From Pavona decussata (Eukaryota), in NCBI GenBank assembly GCA_977016875.1, contig CDRNST010000011.1, forward strand, positions 1,054,001 through 1,118,000: a DNA stretch of 64,000 nt, written 5' to 3'. This document shows positions 23,878 through 34,093 of the stretch, piece after piece (positions within the stretch are counted from its first letter, which is position 1; every line of letters starts with the position of its first letter). Under the pieces are notes generated by a model. The model saw only the letters and a program-made list of their open reading frames with translations, made no database searches and was not told the DNA's origin. A program made the position numbers and the translations under genes.

Positions 23878-26800
23878 ACAAGGACCCTGACTATAAAAGG
23901 GACAGCTCCTCCCTCTTCGTGTCACGCAATCACTGTTTCTACAACTTATCCAAGATGGCTGACTGAGCAAAGAGGAAGGGAAAAAAAGCACTTTGTATTA
24001 CGAGGCATCGGATCTTGCTTTTCTTCGCTTTGTTTTCATCAAGAAATGATCACATTTCTTCATGTGAATGCGCAATAAAGAATTCCCGGTTCTTTTTTTG
24101 TCGTAAGCCTGAAATTTCTCTGTGGAACATTTGAATTTTGCGCTCCTAACGGTTCCTCCAATCGCGAAGATGGTTGCATTGGTCCACAGACTCCTCTCTG
24201 CTTCATCCAACTTCTTGAGCCTTCAATGTTGTTGACTTGTGGTCCAAAGATTTTGACATGCTCCAAAGGTGGCTCTTCCTGATGTAATAAACCAGAAATT
24301 GGGCGATTCATGGCGGAAGGCGAGCTATGTCACTGCCTTACCTTGCGACATATCTCGTCTTCCTCCTTGAATTGAGCTGTTGTTGCATGTTGTAATCACA
24401 TAGAAATCGTTATTCAACATTTAATACGCTATCTTTTTATTTTGTCATGGCTGATTTACCTTCTAAGAAAGCCAAAATAGTTGCCCGAGCGCCACGAATC
24501 CGGTACACATTAGAGCTTGCAGTCGAACCTGGAATGGAAGAGCAACTCGAACAGTTGAAAGGTAAAATTCAGCGAGTGAAGGAATGTCTTTGGATAGCAG
24601 GTAGAACGCCGATGGGAAACGTCATTGTGATGGAACGACTGTTAGACGCATTCGAACAGTCTAAACAAAACGGAATGGTGAGTGGAAATCATTCCTCTTT
24701 GTTTACAGCTCAGTCATTCTCTCCCTCGTCTCATCTCACGTGCAACACTGCTTCGCAAACCGATGTGTGTGGATCGTACCCTTTACCGTACATTTTGTGC
24801 CATGGGGAGAATACAACGGGTTGCTTTGATATACACACCAGAAATAACCTTGTTGAGGATTATTTCATTGCATTGATGGACGCAATGCGGCAACTTTTGA
24901 GCCCAATGGGAAGTGTCCTCTCTGTGGATTTCTTTTTGACATGGAATCGTTTGCGTTCTTGCAGCATGGACATGCAGTTCGCATCAGTCAGCTGTGGTGC
25001 AGGCCATTCCCTACGATGGCATTCTAGTTCTGTAATTTTGAGAAAGTTTACCGTCAACCTGAGGTAATTACTCAGATAGCAGTTGTTTTGAAATTATTTA
25101 TATTATCCACTTTTGATTCAATATCAACATTCAGTCAGTAAACAAGTGTTCCTTGTTTCTGGTTAAGATGATAAATGGTTTCACCGCTACTGGACTTACA
25201 GAAACCCAATATATAACTTACTGTAAGGCAGCTAATATCGGCCATGTTGAAGAAAAATACATCTCAACTGGTAAGTTAATTTATGATTGATAAATTATTG
25301 TATGTTTGCCACCTGTATCAAAGGTAACCCGAATGCCTTGGAAAAAAGTCTCTTCCAAGAAAACAATTAGAAATACTTTTAGATATATGAATTGTGATGT
25401 ACAAGCAATCATTGGTATGTAGACAGATAATAGAATCATAAATTTGGTTGTCATGGAATTACTATCGTTGTCAAAAGGAGTCTTCATTTTGGAAAAGCAA
25501 CAAACCTTTATGTTTTCCACAATATCTGTCCTTTTTTGTATATTTTTATAATGTACTGTACTTATTTTTACCATCTCTGTGGCAGTTCTTGTAGTAACAA
25601 TTAATAAACCTTGAGATGTGATTTTCTTTTTGACTGTACTTATCTCTTGGATATAAGAATGCAGTGGAAACTCTTTATGAGGAAAAGTTGCTGGAAGCTC
25701 AACAGGAGGCACAACAAGATCCTTCTTACGCACTGAATGGGGATGTTAGTATTTTTTACTTCATTAATTAAAGTATCATAATAGTGTGAACCAATTGGTG
25801 TGATATGCTTTACTGGGAACAGTAAGTTGGTAACTTTTCTTCCTTGACAAAGTTCTTTTTGTATAATTTGATACTTCAGGTCATTATAACAGATGCAACA
25901 CATGACTCAAGTCGAGCTGCTCAGCACACTACTGTGTCAGCCCTATCATAAAGGTAAGAATAGAGCGACAATGTAATTCTTCTAGACTGATTGTTAATAT
26001 TTACCTCTGTCAAAATAGTATTTTCATGAAAATATACTGCTACCCTCAAAAGTTACCCCAAACAGTATTGTAATAATGACATTATTGGACTAACCCCATC
26101 TATAATGTTATTACACTGCAATAGTGTAATAATTACTATCATTATTGTTCTGTTGTTTTTCAGAAGTAAAAAAGTAATTTACAGTCTCAGCTGTTCTAAA
26201 GAAGATATGGCTTCAGCTGCAACACGTGAAGTCCCAATGACGAAACAGGTGGTTGAGGCTCTAACAACTCTTGGTGCGACACAGGATGACACTCATTTTT
26301 GTTTTTAATTTCTGATTTATTTTTGATGCAATGTTATATACCATCAAAATGGTAGTTACTTGTCTGTAACTTTAATATTCTTATAAACAGTAATCTGTAA
26401 CCTGTGAATGCTAACATGATTTACAGATAATGTTTGCATGTAAAATGTAATCTAATGCACAACATTTTTCAGGCCACCATGTTGGTGAAGTTGCACATGA
26501 TTACGTACCTGCACTGAAGCAGTGGCTGACCGGAAAGGGGATCAAAAACTCCTATGACAGTTGGCATGGTATGTAACTAGTGCACATGTTGTCTTCGTCC
26601 AATAAATGGTACAAGCTTCTTGTTGAATACAGAACAAAATATTATGTGAGGGGTGTGTTTTGTATCTCTATTTTATTAATTCTACAACATTTTCTAAAAT
26701 AGATTTGTTAAAAACTTGCTCATGAAGTAATGTTTTGCACTAAAAGGTGGAAAAGGGGTAAAGAAGGCTATCAAGAAGGTGGCAAGTGGCCTGCAAAGGG

Positions 26801-27432
26801 ATTCAGAGAAAAGCTGGTTTGCAGAATTGTCTGACAAAGATATAAAATTAACACAGAAGAGCAAACTATCATGTGTTTGTATTTATCTAATTGATAAAGG
26901 CCTTTTATCAGCAGTTAATGAACCAAATATTTTCCTCCCTTCCTCTTAGTAAAATGCTCCAAGACACATTTATTATGCTATGAAAAACTGCAATGGTGAT
27001 GGCAATGCATTGAAAGTATACATGATGAGTATTATTGGCCATTACAACCTTCTCATCCTCGAATACTTCAATGGTAACCTGAAAAGGTAAGGAATATAGA
27101 AGTATATTATTTGCAAGGAGATGAGCTATGAAATTAAAATTGAGTCGAATAATAAAATATGAAACAGATGATAAATTTTGACTAAATCGCTCCGATAATA
27201 ATTTACTCACCCACACTCGATTTCTGGATCCGATCATCTCTTCCTCTTAACAGAACCAAAAAAAAGAACTTCCTAATAATGTGACATCCAAAAGGGTAGA
27301 TGGATCCTTGCGAGCAGTACTTTGCTGGTCCCGTATATGTGTACAGTCACGGATGTTGACAGTTCGCTGTCTAGAGTGAAATGAATGACAGCTTGCCCAG
27401 GGCAATGGTCCTTTTATAGTCCGGGTCCTTGT
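23878..27432 (+). mobile_element. Kolobok-like DNA transposon with an intron-rich transposase, 3'-deleted
   Basis: 23-bp TIRs ACAAGGACCCTGACTATAAAAGG / CCTTTTATAGTCCGGGTCCTTGT (1 mismatch), flanked by TTAA on the left and TTAC on the right. Confidence 0.75.
24447..27047 (+). pseudogene. Kolobok-type DDE transposase pseudogene, about 8 exons
   Basis: Exon peptides CGAGHSLRWHSS...TVNLR; MINGFTATGLTETQY; ITDATHDSSRAAQHTTVS; REVPMTK; EVAHD...NSYDSWHG; KKAIKKVASG...WFAELSDK; HIYYAMKNCNG...SIIGHY. These parallel Kolobok motifs (CxxGH..W.S, D-x-x-DS, DxWH, H-x-Y/W). Confidence 0.65.
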
Positions 27433-28907
27433 TTACGTCAAACTCGTGTGCGCGAATATTTACACAACCCATGACTCACCCCAGTGCCCAGATCAAATTC
27501 ACTAGACATGCACAGAACCTTCTCCATCAGTTCCTACCTACGTCATTGTAGGTGGTGATTTTAACTGTCCTTTCTCTAAAATGATAAAGAAGGAGGACAC
27601 GATCGAGATCGAGATAGAACTATTAATGGGATAATAAAAATATTACTATTGAAGGAAAGTCCCTGTGCTGGAAGGAATGGCATGCTGCCGAAATAGAAAA
27701 AATTAAAGACCTTTTGGGTGGACACAACTTCTTTTTAAGTTATCGGTAATTTTGCAGAAAAACCGGCCTTCGGCTGCCTTCTACTAATATTTTTGGGTTC
27801 ATGGCAGCAATACCGAGTAAATGGAAACAAACTTTAAGAGCTGGCATAAATTTGAACAGCTATCAAACAAAAAAAAAAAACAGATCAGTCTTTTCTTAAC
27901 CAATGGTCTTGCAAAAACATCCATAAATTACTAACCCAAAAGACGTTCCATGAACCTTTAGCCAGCACTAGGTTATGCAGGTTAGGAATAGATGACAGTA
28001 TGCTTAATGCAATATATTCACTTAACTTTACATTCGCAAAGAAATTCTCCAAAACCTTGCAGTCCTCAGCAAAACTCTGACCTTTGCAGGCCTACCATCA
28101 GGTGTGTCATATTGCCTTGCTAGGCTTGATGATGTTCTGAGAAGGAAGGATGAAATTCTTGCAACGCTGAGTGTAGATCTTTCAGAAAATGGGAAGTTTG
28201 GCCTGACAGGGATCCAAATAACTGAAGCGAGCATTAACTTCCTAAGTAATCTAATTACAAATTATGTGGCAAAGTTGAAAGATAACATAACAGCAAGATT
28301 CCGTACCCTGCCACTTGTACAAGCCTTTTCAATTTTTGATCTGCAACGTCTCCCTGCAAAGGAAGCCCCTGAATTCAAGAACTATGGAGTGAATCATGTA
28401 GCTGTACTTGGAAACCACTTTGGTGCCACAGAGTACGTGGAAGTTGAAGCCCTCAAGTCTGAGTGGGAACACTTCAAGTTTGTTGCTCAGGATTTGAAGT
28501 CCGAATGCCCTATCAGTATGGTAACAACACCACAGCCAGGAAGTACTGCACCTGAGTGGTTGCTAACCAAGTTGTACAGCATTCCATCATTCAAAGTAAT
28601 GTTCCCAAACCTGGTAAAGTTATCTGCTGTGGCCCAGAGTTTACCAGTGACAAATGCCTGGCTAGAAAGAGGTGCAAGTGCATTGAAGAGGATAAAGACA
28701 AGGCTTTGGAATTCATTGAAAGACGACACCCTGGACGTCTTGCTTCAAGTTTCCATCAATGGTGCCCCTGTATCAGAACCGAAAGAAGTAGCTGAGCAAG
28801 CCGTTGGCCTCTGCCTTGAAGAGAAACAAAGAAGAAAGCGGCTAAAGGTCATGACCAGTACATCAAACACAAGGGAAAACGGTGAAGTGGTGCAGGGGCC
28901 AGAACTA

Positions 28908-29079
28908 CAGTGCTAGTCAAGTTCTCTTGGGACAGTTCACAACCAAGCGGTAAATGTCCCTCTCCTGCTCTTCTCGCCCCTCTCAATGTTGTTTTCGGCA
29001 ATTGTTCTTGTCAAACTTGTGAGCCAACATTGAGAGGGCAGGGTAACAAAATCTGTCCCAAGTAATTTGACTAGCACTG
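28908..29079 (+). mobile_element. MITE copy 1 (Tc1/mariner-type, CAGTGCTAGTCAA TIR)
   Basis: TA|CAGTGCTAGTCAA ... TTGACTAGCACTG|TG, with internal CCCTCTCAATGTTG / CAACATTGAGAGGG inverted repeat. Confidence 0.9.
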
Positions 29080-30043
29080 TGTTCGGGAAGAATTTGAAGT
29101 ATGCAGTGTTTTAGGTCACAACAAAAAGAGCGTGTTTGTTTTCGCCCTATGGAGGATTATTGCTATGATGTTGTTCACTTATAATCTACTAAATACCTCA
29201 GCAGGGGCAGGAAATTATCCCCCTTGTCCTCGCTGTTTAGCCGAGTTAGTATTTCCACAAAGGTAGTTTACTGAAAGTAGAGAAAGTGACCGGAACGGTT
29301 TGTACAAGATTTTAGGCAAAGTAGTCCATTGGTGGTGACATGTTTCAACGGTTCACCAATGGGTCACCATTTTTCACAAGGCAGTTTATGTCTAATGCTC
29401 TCTGTTATATGCTAGAAGAGGCAGCAAGGAAGAAAGGCTATTGGCCACAGATTAGACATTCGTTACTGTGATATTATTGGGACTCTCTGGGAGAATTTTG
29501 TTGCGTTTTGTGCATGGTGACGTTGTAGGTAATAAAGTAAATCAGGTTCTTTAATTTAATTAAAAGATGGTGACCCGTGTACACCTGAACTGCGAAGTCT
29601 CATTTGCACTGTTTCAGTATAAAATTTTGTGCATTGAGTTATTGTCATAATTCGCAGCTTCATTTCACCACACTCGGTTCAGGAAACTGTTGAAGAACTA
29701 TTTTCAAAAGGCACAATTTTGTAACATGTTCTTTTCACCGTGTCACCATTTTGTGCGCACTTTGTTGACACAGATCCCGTGACGCCAAAAGTTGTTGATT
29801 TCACATGTTACGAAGGCTGGTGTAGAAATAGCAAACAGGGAGAAATAATAAGCTTTTAATCTCGCGCTCGGGATATACAGCCAAAAGTAACCGTACAGAT
29901 AGCAGTACACGTGTTCATATTGTAAGAAAAACAATTTATCAGTCCTAAGGTACTACTTCCATAGCATGGTCAAAAGTATAGCGAAAAACAAGGTTAACAC
30001 AATGCCACAATATTAATAAAAAAAATGTACTTATCCCAAACAG

Positions 30044-30410
30044 TCAATACTTTATCCTACTTACTTTTCGCGCAATAACTTGGCAAATGCGTTTAGGCAT
30101 AGACGCGACGAGGTTATTAATAGTAGCAACTGACACTGAATAGAAAGTGCTTATGACTCCAGCTTCGAATTCACTGTATGATTCCTTAGTGATTTGTCGC
30201 TCTGTTGCCTGTTTCCCTAGTTTACACGAGATAACAGGAAATAGATTTTCAATACAATGTACATCAGCACTCTTCGGGGGCAAGTTTTCCCCTCCTTATC
30301 AGCCATTTGAAACATTCGTGGAAAATGTTCTTCAATGAAGTTCGCAAAATAACGCCCTGTCATTTTCTGGTATGGATGACAGGCAATGACACCTTTACCA
30401 TACGATGCAA
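30044..30410 (-). pseudogene. Tc1/mariner (IS630-like) transposase C-terminal fragment
   Basis: SYGKGVIACHPYQKMTG.YFANFI...PPKSADVHCIENLF (PPxSPDLNPIEN-like)...INNLVASMPKRI..VI..K..RIKY*. Confidence 0.8.
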
Positions 30411-30469
30411 CCTACGCCAGACATACCAACAACTTGTCAATCAACACCTCTCCAGATGAGCCGAAAATA

Positions 30470-30628
30470 CAATGCTAGTCAAGTTCCCTTGGGACAGTTC
30501 ACAACCAAGCGGTAAAAGTCCCTCTCCTGCTCTTCTCGCCCCTCTCAATGTTGTTTTCGGCAAACTTGTGAGCCAACATTGAGAGGGCAGGGTAGCGAGA
30601 TCTGTTCCAATTAATTTGACTAGCACTG
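30470..30628 (+). mobile_element. MITE copy 2 (same family and orientation as copy 1)
   Basis: TA|CAATGCTAGTCAA ... TTGACTAGCACTG|TA. Has a 13-nt internal deletion and several substitutions relative to copy 1. Confidence 0.9.
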
Positions 30629-31324
30629 TAGTAGATTGCCTGACTGTAGAAGTTGAATTTCTAAATGATAAAATTCAGGATCTTAACGAAGAGCTTTACA
30701 CGCAAGAACAAGTCTTCAAGAAGCTCCTTGTCAACATGTGCAACGCTATGGATGAGAGCTCTGATTGTGAAAGTGAAGATGACTAATCGTCTATGGTCAG
30801 AGACTCAGTTTCAAATGCATATCTTCAAACAATTGACACTAACACGCTGAAAACTGTTGAAGAAAGTTACAACTTTATTTGTCTCTGTAAAGCCTATAAA
30901 TGTATTCCAGGTAATTATAAGCAGAATGTTTAATTCACACCAGTGAATGAGGACTAATCGTGAAGTTTGTGAGACAAAGCACTTAGATCATGTATTTCAC
31001 GTTTTTCGCAGCAGTGCATGTTTTTTACTTCTTTTATCTGCATTACTTTATGGTTGAGAGAATAAAAATTCTTGCCCCAGAGTGCAGGAAAATGCATTTC
31101 CGGGGACATAATTTAAAAACATTTTCTTCGGGGGTATGCCTCCAGACCCCCTAAAAGCTCAGACCCTCTGGGCCTGAGCTTACATGGGTGCTGCCCATGT
31201 TTAAGGATGTTACAGGTGACATCTTCCATGCTATGCCTGCTTCAAAACTTAATGACGACTGGCATACTGCACATTGAACCTGCCGTGCCACTGACTTATT
31301 CGACCATTTAACACTAATCTTCAG

Positions 31325-31957
31325 CCTTAATGACACAACAAAAAGCAAGACATTGTCAGATGATGTTCCTTGGTTACAGATATCACCTCATGAGCCATTG
31401 TTTATCACTTGCTCGTTTTTGTGTTCCAATGTAGAAACTACTGCCAAATTCCTAGAAACAAAACAAGCCAGCACTACCATTCCATCCGGGTGGGATGATG
31501 TGGACAACATGAACAACTGTCAGAAGCATACAATGCAGTAAGTGGAGAACTCAAGTTCATTTTTGACTTGAAATTACAATGATCATCACAGCTAAGGGAG
31601 CACCTAAGCAGCTGTGGAGATCAATAGCCTGAAAAAAAAAGGCTTGAATGGGAGTTGAACCTATGACAGTGTGATTGCACTACACAGTGGTTGCTGTATA
31701 AAACTGAAGAACAGCTCCATTGCAAATTTGTTGACCGAATGTAACCTGTACCAGTGAGCTACATATAGATCAGGCTATCTGGGCAAGTTAATTTGTTTTA
31801 ACTGTGCTGCAACAAAGCCTTAATCTCATTAGTGATCGTGACTTAAAACCAAAATGTTTAAATTATATTTCAGGACGGTAGTGCTAACGCAAGGAAAGCT
31901 TACATTCCTCATACTGTGCCAATCATTACAACTAACAATGACTGTGATGACATCAAG
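31325..31957 (+). other. Two putative exons of an unidentified gene
   Basis: CAG|31325-31537|GTAAGT and TTTCAG|31874-~31957|GTGAGT; both open and phase-compatible. No recognisable domain. Confidence 0.3.
31578..31690 (-). mobile_element. Degraded tRNA-derived SINE
   Basis: The minus strand has a B-box-like GGTTCAACTCCC followed by AAGCCTTTTTTTTTCAGGCT...GCTGCTTA, the head and body layout typical of cnidarian SINEs. Confidence 0.45.
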
Positions 31958-32258
31958 TGAGTAACTACTTCTGATAAATAGGCTTGATTCCTTCTGTAAT
32001 GTTTCTTTTATATTCAGTTCCTTAATTTAAGTCCATTTTGAGATAGTAACTAAAGGAGTTACCCTATTAAAGGATTCGTTCGTTCGTTTGTTTGTTCATT
32101 CATTCATGTATTTATCATGGGTTACGTAACCTCATTTTTGGGTGTTTGTGACACTTTGTCACAATGCTTCATTAGCGGGGCGTCGGGTATATATATGCTG
32201 AGGCCTCGATTTGTATTCATTCGAGTCATACGACCGCTCTCAGTTCGCCCTCTAAATT

Positions 32259-33053
32259 ATGTCTGACACCGAAAACGCCCATGAACCAAATGTCGAGGTT
32301 CCTCGTGGCGACGCTTCGCAGCAGATTTCTACTCCGCCTTCTACGTCTGAGCAGTCTACTGATTTAGCCTCGACGTTCGCTCTCTTTAAAGATTATTTTG
32401 ACAAGAAGTTGACCACGTTAAAGAGAGACATCCAGGAAGATTCCTTAAGCAACAGCGACTCTATTGCTAAGAAGCTGAAAGAAGAGTCCAAAATTTCCTT
32501 CAAGTTTGAAGGGAACAAAAAGCAGTTCTACTTCAATTCTGGCCTTGCGGAGAAGGTTCAATCGGCTTCCACCGCTCTAGGTAAAAGGAAACTTGAAGTC
32601 GTTCGCAGTTGCCTAGAAGAATTGGATTCTGACATCAAGAAACGCAACAAGCTTATCAGATTGGCAGATAAATCCGCTCCTGGTTGGGATTTGGTTAACG
32701 AGTATCTATCTGACGAATTGGCTAGTGGATCGGAGGACGAGAAGCGTATTCGGCGTGCAGAGCAGAGAGCCCTTCGCAAACGTAAAGATCGTCAACAGCA
32801 GAAAGGGAAGTCCGCAGTCATGCAAAGCCAACCTTCTGCCACCACCACTTCATTTGCTGGCCAGCGTCTTTTCAACTTTGCTTCCACTTCTCGTGCTTAT
32901 ACGTCTGTTAGCAAAGCAAAGCCTGGTGATATTTGTTTCGCCTGCGGTCAGCAAGGTCATTGGAGGTCCGAGTGCCGTGGTAACTCTCAACCAAGATCTT
33001 CAAGTTCCAGCCAGACGAATTCTGGTTTCTCCTCAAATGCTGGAGGTAAATGA
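32259..33053 (+). CDS. Gag-like protein of the Ngaro element (CCHC zinc knuckle)
   Basis: FKFEGNKKQFYFN...RNKLIRLADKS..GWDLVNEYLSDELASGSEDEKRIRRAE (DIRS/Ngaro gag signature) and CFACGQQGHWRSEC. Confidence 0.9.
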   Translation: MSDTENAHEPNVEVPRGDASQQISTPPSTSEQSTDLASTFALFKDYFDKKLTTLKRDIQEDSLSNSDSIAKKLKEESKISFKFEGNKKQFYFNSGLAEKVQSASTALGKRKLEVVRSCLEELDSDIKKRNKLIRLADKSAPGWDLVNEYLSDELASGSEDEKRIRRAEQRALRKRKDRQQQKGKSAVMQSQPSATTTSFAGQRLFNFASTSRAYTSVSKAKPGDICFACGQQGHWRSECRGNSQPRSSSSSQTNSGFSSNAGGK

Positions 33054-33166
33054 AAGTTTTCCCAAGAACTTGGCGTTTAAGATTTTGTCAGAGGGGCTTT
33101 GCAGCCTAGTTTTCAACATGTGGAAGACAGTTGCCTTAAGACATTAAGTCAGGATCTCCCTGAAGT

Positions 33167-34093
33167 GTGCTAAAGAGCAAAAGTGCTAACACCGCCAAGA
33201 AATATGAAAGAGGTTTCAATTCATGGAGGAAGTGGGCTTCTCAGTTCAAAGAGATTAAAATTTTACCCGCTTCTAGTATTTATGTTTCTTTGTTTTTTCT
33301 TAGTCTGATTTATGAATCGGTTCCTTGTAGTATTATTGATGAAGTTCACTACGGGCTTAAGTGGTTTCATGATTTAGCGGGCCAACCCAACCCATGTAAT
33401 TCACCTTTTGTTTCTCAATTAATAGAATCTGCCAAAAGGCTTCTCAGTGTTCCAGTCAAAAAGAAAGAACCAGTAACGCCTGAGGTTATTCAGCGCTTGG
33501 TTGCACATTATGGCTCTGCTTCCGCTAGTTTGTCTGATTTACGTTTGCTCATTTTGTGTGTTTTGGGTTACGCTGGGTTTTTTCGCTTTAATGAGTTAGT
33601 TCAATTGCGCAGGTGTGATTTTCTATTTGAAGATTCCTTCATGAGAATTTTTGTTCAACGTAGCAAGACGGACATTTATAGAGATGGGGCTTGGGTGGTC
33701 ATTGCTAAAACTCTACAGCCTACTTGTCCTGTAACGTTAACTCTTTGTTATTTTGCAGTAGCTTCATTTTCAGAAGACAGTGAAGATTATATTTTCCGTC
33801 CTCTTACTTTTCGCAGCAGTTATGGATCTTACAGTTTTCGCGGCTCTGCTCCATTGTCGTATTCCAGGGCGCGTGAGATAGTGCTTTCTGCTTTTGAGGC
33901 CGTTGGCCTTTCCAAACTAGATTATGGTCTTCATAGCCTTAGAGCGGGAGGCGCCTCTGCTGCAGCAAATGCCCAGATTTCTGATCGTTTGTTTAAGAGA
34001 CATAGTCGTTGGAAGTCAGATAAAGCTAAGGATGGCTACATAAAGGATAATATTCTTGCTTTATTGTCAGTTTCTTTGTCATTGGGTATTTAA
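33167..34093 (+). CDS. Tyrosine recombinase of the Ngaro element (N-terminus cut off by a -1 frameshift at ~33165)
   Basis: Catalytic set R (GFFRFNE), K (RSKTD), HxxR (HSLRAGGA), H/W (RHSRW) and Y (DGYIKD). Confidence 0.92.
   Translation: MLKSKSANTAKKYERGFNSWRKWASQFKEIKILPASSIYVSLFFLSLIYESVPCSIIDEVHYGLKWFHDLAGQPNPCNSPFVSQLIESAKRLLSVPVKKKEPVTPEVIQRLVAHYGSASASLSDLRLLILCVLGYAGFFRFNELVQLRRCDFLFEDSFMRIFVQRSKTDIYRDGAWVVIAKTLQPTCPVTLTLCYFAVASFSEDSEDYIFRPLTFRSSYGSYSFRGSAPLSYSRAREIVLSAFEAVGLSKLDYGLHSLRAGGASAAANAQISDRLFKRHSRWKSDKAKDGYIKDNILALLSVSLSLGI

Larger units (their letters stand above)
23620..28025 (+). mobile_element. Old L1/Tx1 ORF2 fragments, interrupted by the Kolobok-like element
   Basis: Endonuclease motifs QETYS...QWGSKIYFCHGSKHSKGVAILF...LILQIK before 23877 resume as VKLVCANIY...VIVGGDFNCP after 27436. 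A C-terminal fragment (IKDLL...AIPSKWK) lies at 27650-27830. Confidence 0.7.
28030..30786 (+). pseudogene. hAT (ZNF862-like) transposase C-terminal part, split by a composite insertion
   Basis: The ORF 28104-28907 has the dimerisation motif FPNL..L...LPVTNAWLERGASALKRIKTRL.NSL....L..LLQVSING. Removing 28908-30630 restores the frame for 51 further codons ending in an acidic tail (DESSDCESEDD*, 30786). A hAT-like GC-rich subterminal region runs to ~31262. Confidence 0.85.

Noticed and set aside
28908-30628. LTR retrotransposon or TRIM (direct repeats at both ends)
   Set aside because: Each repeat has its own TIRs and TA flanks; there is no TG..CA, PBS or PPT, and the cargo is Tc1-derived.
33167-34093. 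Phage integrase or bacterial contamination
   Set aside because: It is flanked by a CCHC gag and split direct repeats, so it belongs to a eukaryotic YR retroelement.
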